A stretch of DNA of 64,000 nucleotides from positions 370,935 to 434,934 of the forward strand of contig NMRA01000363.1 of NCBI GenBank assembly GCA_002633005.1, in the 5' to 3' direction. Positions 62,981 to 64,000 of the stretch are shown here, piece by piece. Positions within the stretch are counted from its first letter, which is position 1, and the number at the start of each line of letters is the position of its first letter. A model generated the notes under the pieces. The model ran no database searches and was not told where the DNA came from. It saw only the letters and a list, made by a program, of their open reading frames with translations. Source of the stretch: Phoronis australis. Lineage: Eukaryota > Animalia > Phoronida. Both the position numbers and the translations under genes were made by a program.

Positions 62981-64000
62981 ACCCGATTTCATAAAGGTGG
63001 TTTAAAGTTAAATCTGGTTTAAACTGGACCATGTTTAACGACAATCTGCATTTCTTAAAGGTGGTTTAACGTTTCGACCTGTGGTCTAGTAAAACCTAGT
63101 TTAACTCCAGTTTAGACCTGGTCTAAGTCAACTGTTAAATATGTCATACCTGCATGATATAGGTGCAACTGAATGATGCTGCGGTGTGCATTTACGACGC
63201 AGTTTTAGAGCAAAATGGAATATTTTCAATATTCAGTTTTACGACGACACAAGATCAAATATAGCAAGGGCGGACCCAGGATTATTTAAAGGGGGATCTG
63301 TAAAGGACTTTTTTAAAAGGGGGACCAAGTCAACAATTTGAAAATTATAGATAAATTTGTTATCACTAAAATTTAAGGGAAAAAGGGAGGTCTTACACCT
63401 GGACCCCTTAGCTCCACCTATGTGTAGACCAGTACATGTTGTAGGGTGTCCTGCAGATTCCTCAGGATACGAATGGTCGAGAAGAGCGCCATCGTCATAA
63501 GCGCTACGGGTTTGACTGTAGACATCATCTGAGTTCCATCTCTACTGGTCTCGGATTTAATGTTACCGGGAAGGTGTTTTGCCCCCCCTCCATTTGGCCG
63601 CTAAAATGACACGGAAATGAATTTGGACATTTTTCGTGTTGCATCTAATCATGAGACATGTAGTTTAATGTGTGTACGTGTGTTGGGAATAGACATTACA
63701 TTTTTCCTGATGAGAAAAAGTTTTAGACCTTTTTCGTAGATATCTGCACTGATTCTACTAGTGTGTGCCATCGTATAGCCACGTGATCTAGTTTTCATTG
63801 AAGTACTTCAGTAGTTTCTTGGTTGGGTTAATCCAGATTGACACAGTAAAGTGGCTTAGATACTTTAAACCTGGTTTTACTAAACCCTCTCCCTGGTCTA
63901 ACAAAACCAGGCTTTCAGACTTTTCATAAACCACATTGATGAAATGCAAGTTAGGTCTAAAATTAGACTAGTTTTAGGACGACCAGTCTTCAACCTGGCT
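62981..64000. mobile_element. Harbinger-type MITE-like repeat with a nested small element (~63266-63423)
   Basis: Starts acccgatttcataaag, followed by recurring tttaaac/ctggtctaa motifs that are mirrored at 63860-63990. Confidence 0.4.

Overview
This is eukaryotic (animal) genomic DNA, roughly 38-40% GC, most consistent with a marine invertebrate and plausibly a lophotrochozoan. It contains one assembly gap (about 22439-23268). There are three host genes. (1) The 3' end of a + strand gene has a single exon over 3.4 kb, encoding 14 helical 65-aa repeats and a C-terminal dynein-MTBD-like domain. (2) A convergent two-exon DEG/ENaC channel gene lies on the - strand. (3) A large - strand gene, whose 5' end I did not find, encodes a single-pass receptor with at least 6 calcium-binding EGF exons and 4 sushi/CCP exons. 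Its 3' end has two phase-compatible transmembrane exons and three phase-compatible terminal cytoplasmic-tail exons, two of them paralogous; this is the most interesting feature of the window. Introns and intergenic DNA are full of mobile-element relics: a 4.6-kb TIR element with a decayed PIN/XPG-like nuclease plus CXC ORF, several TTAA-flanked Kolobok/THAP-type elements, a Tx1/L1-type LINE, a LOA/R1-type LINE, a Penelope-like relic, an internally deleted Maverick/Polinton, and MITEs. All exon boundaries and family calls were made by eye, without database searches.
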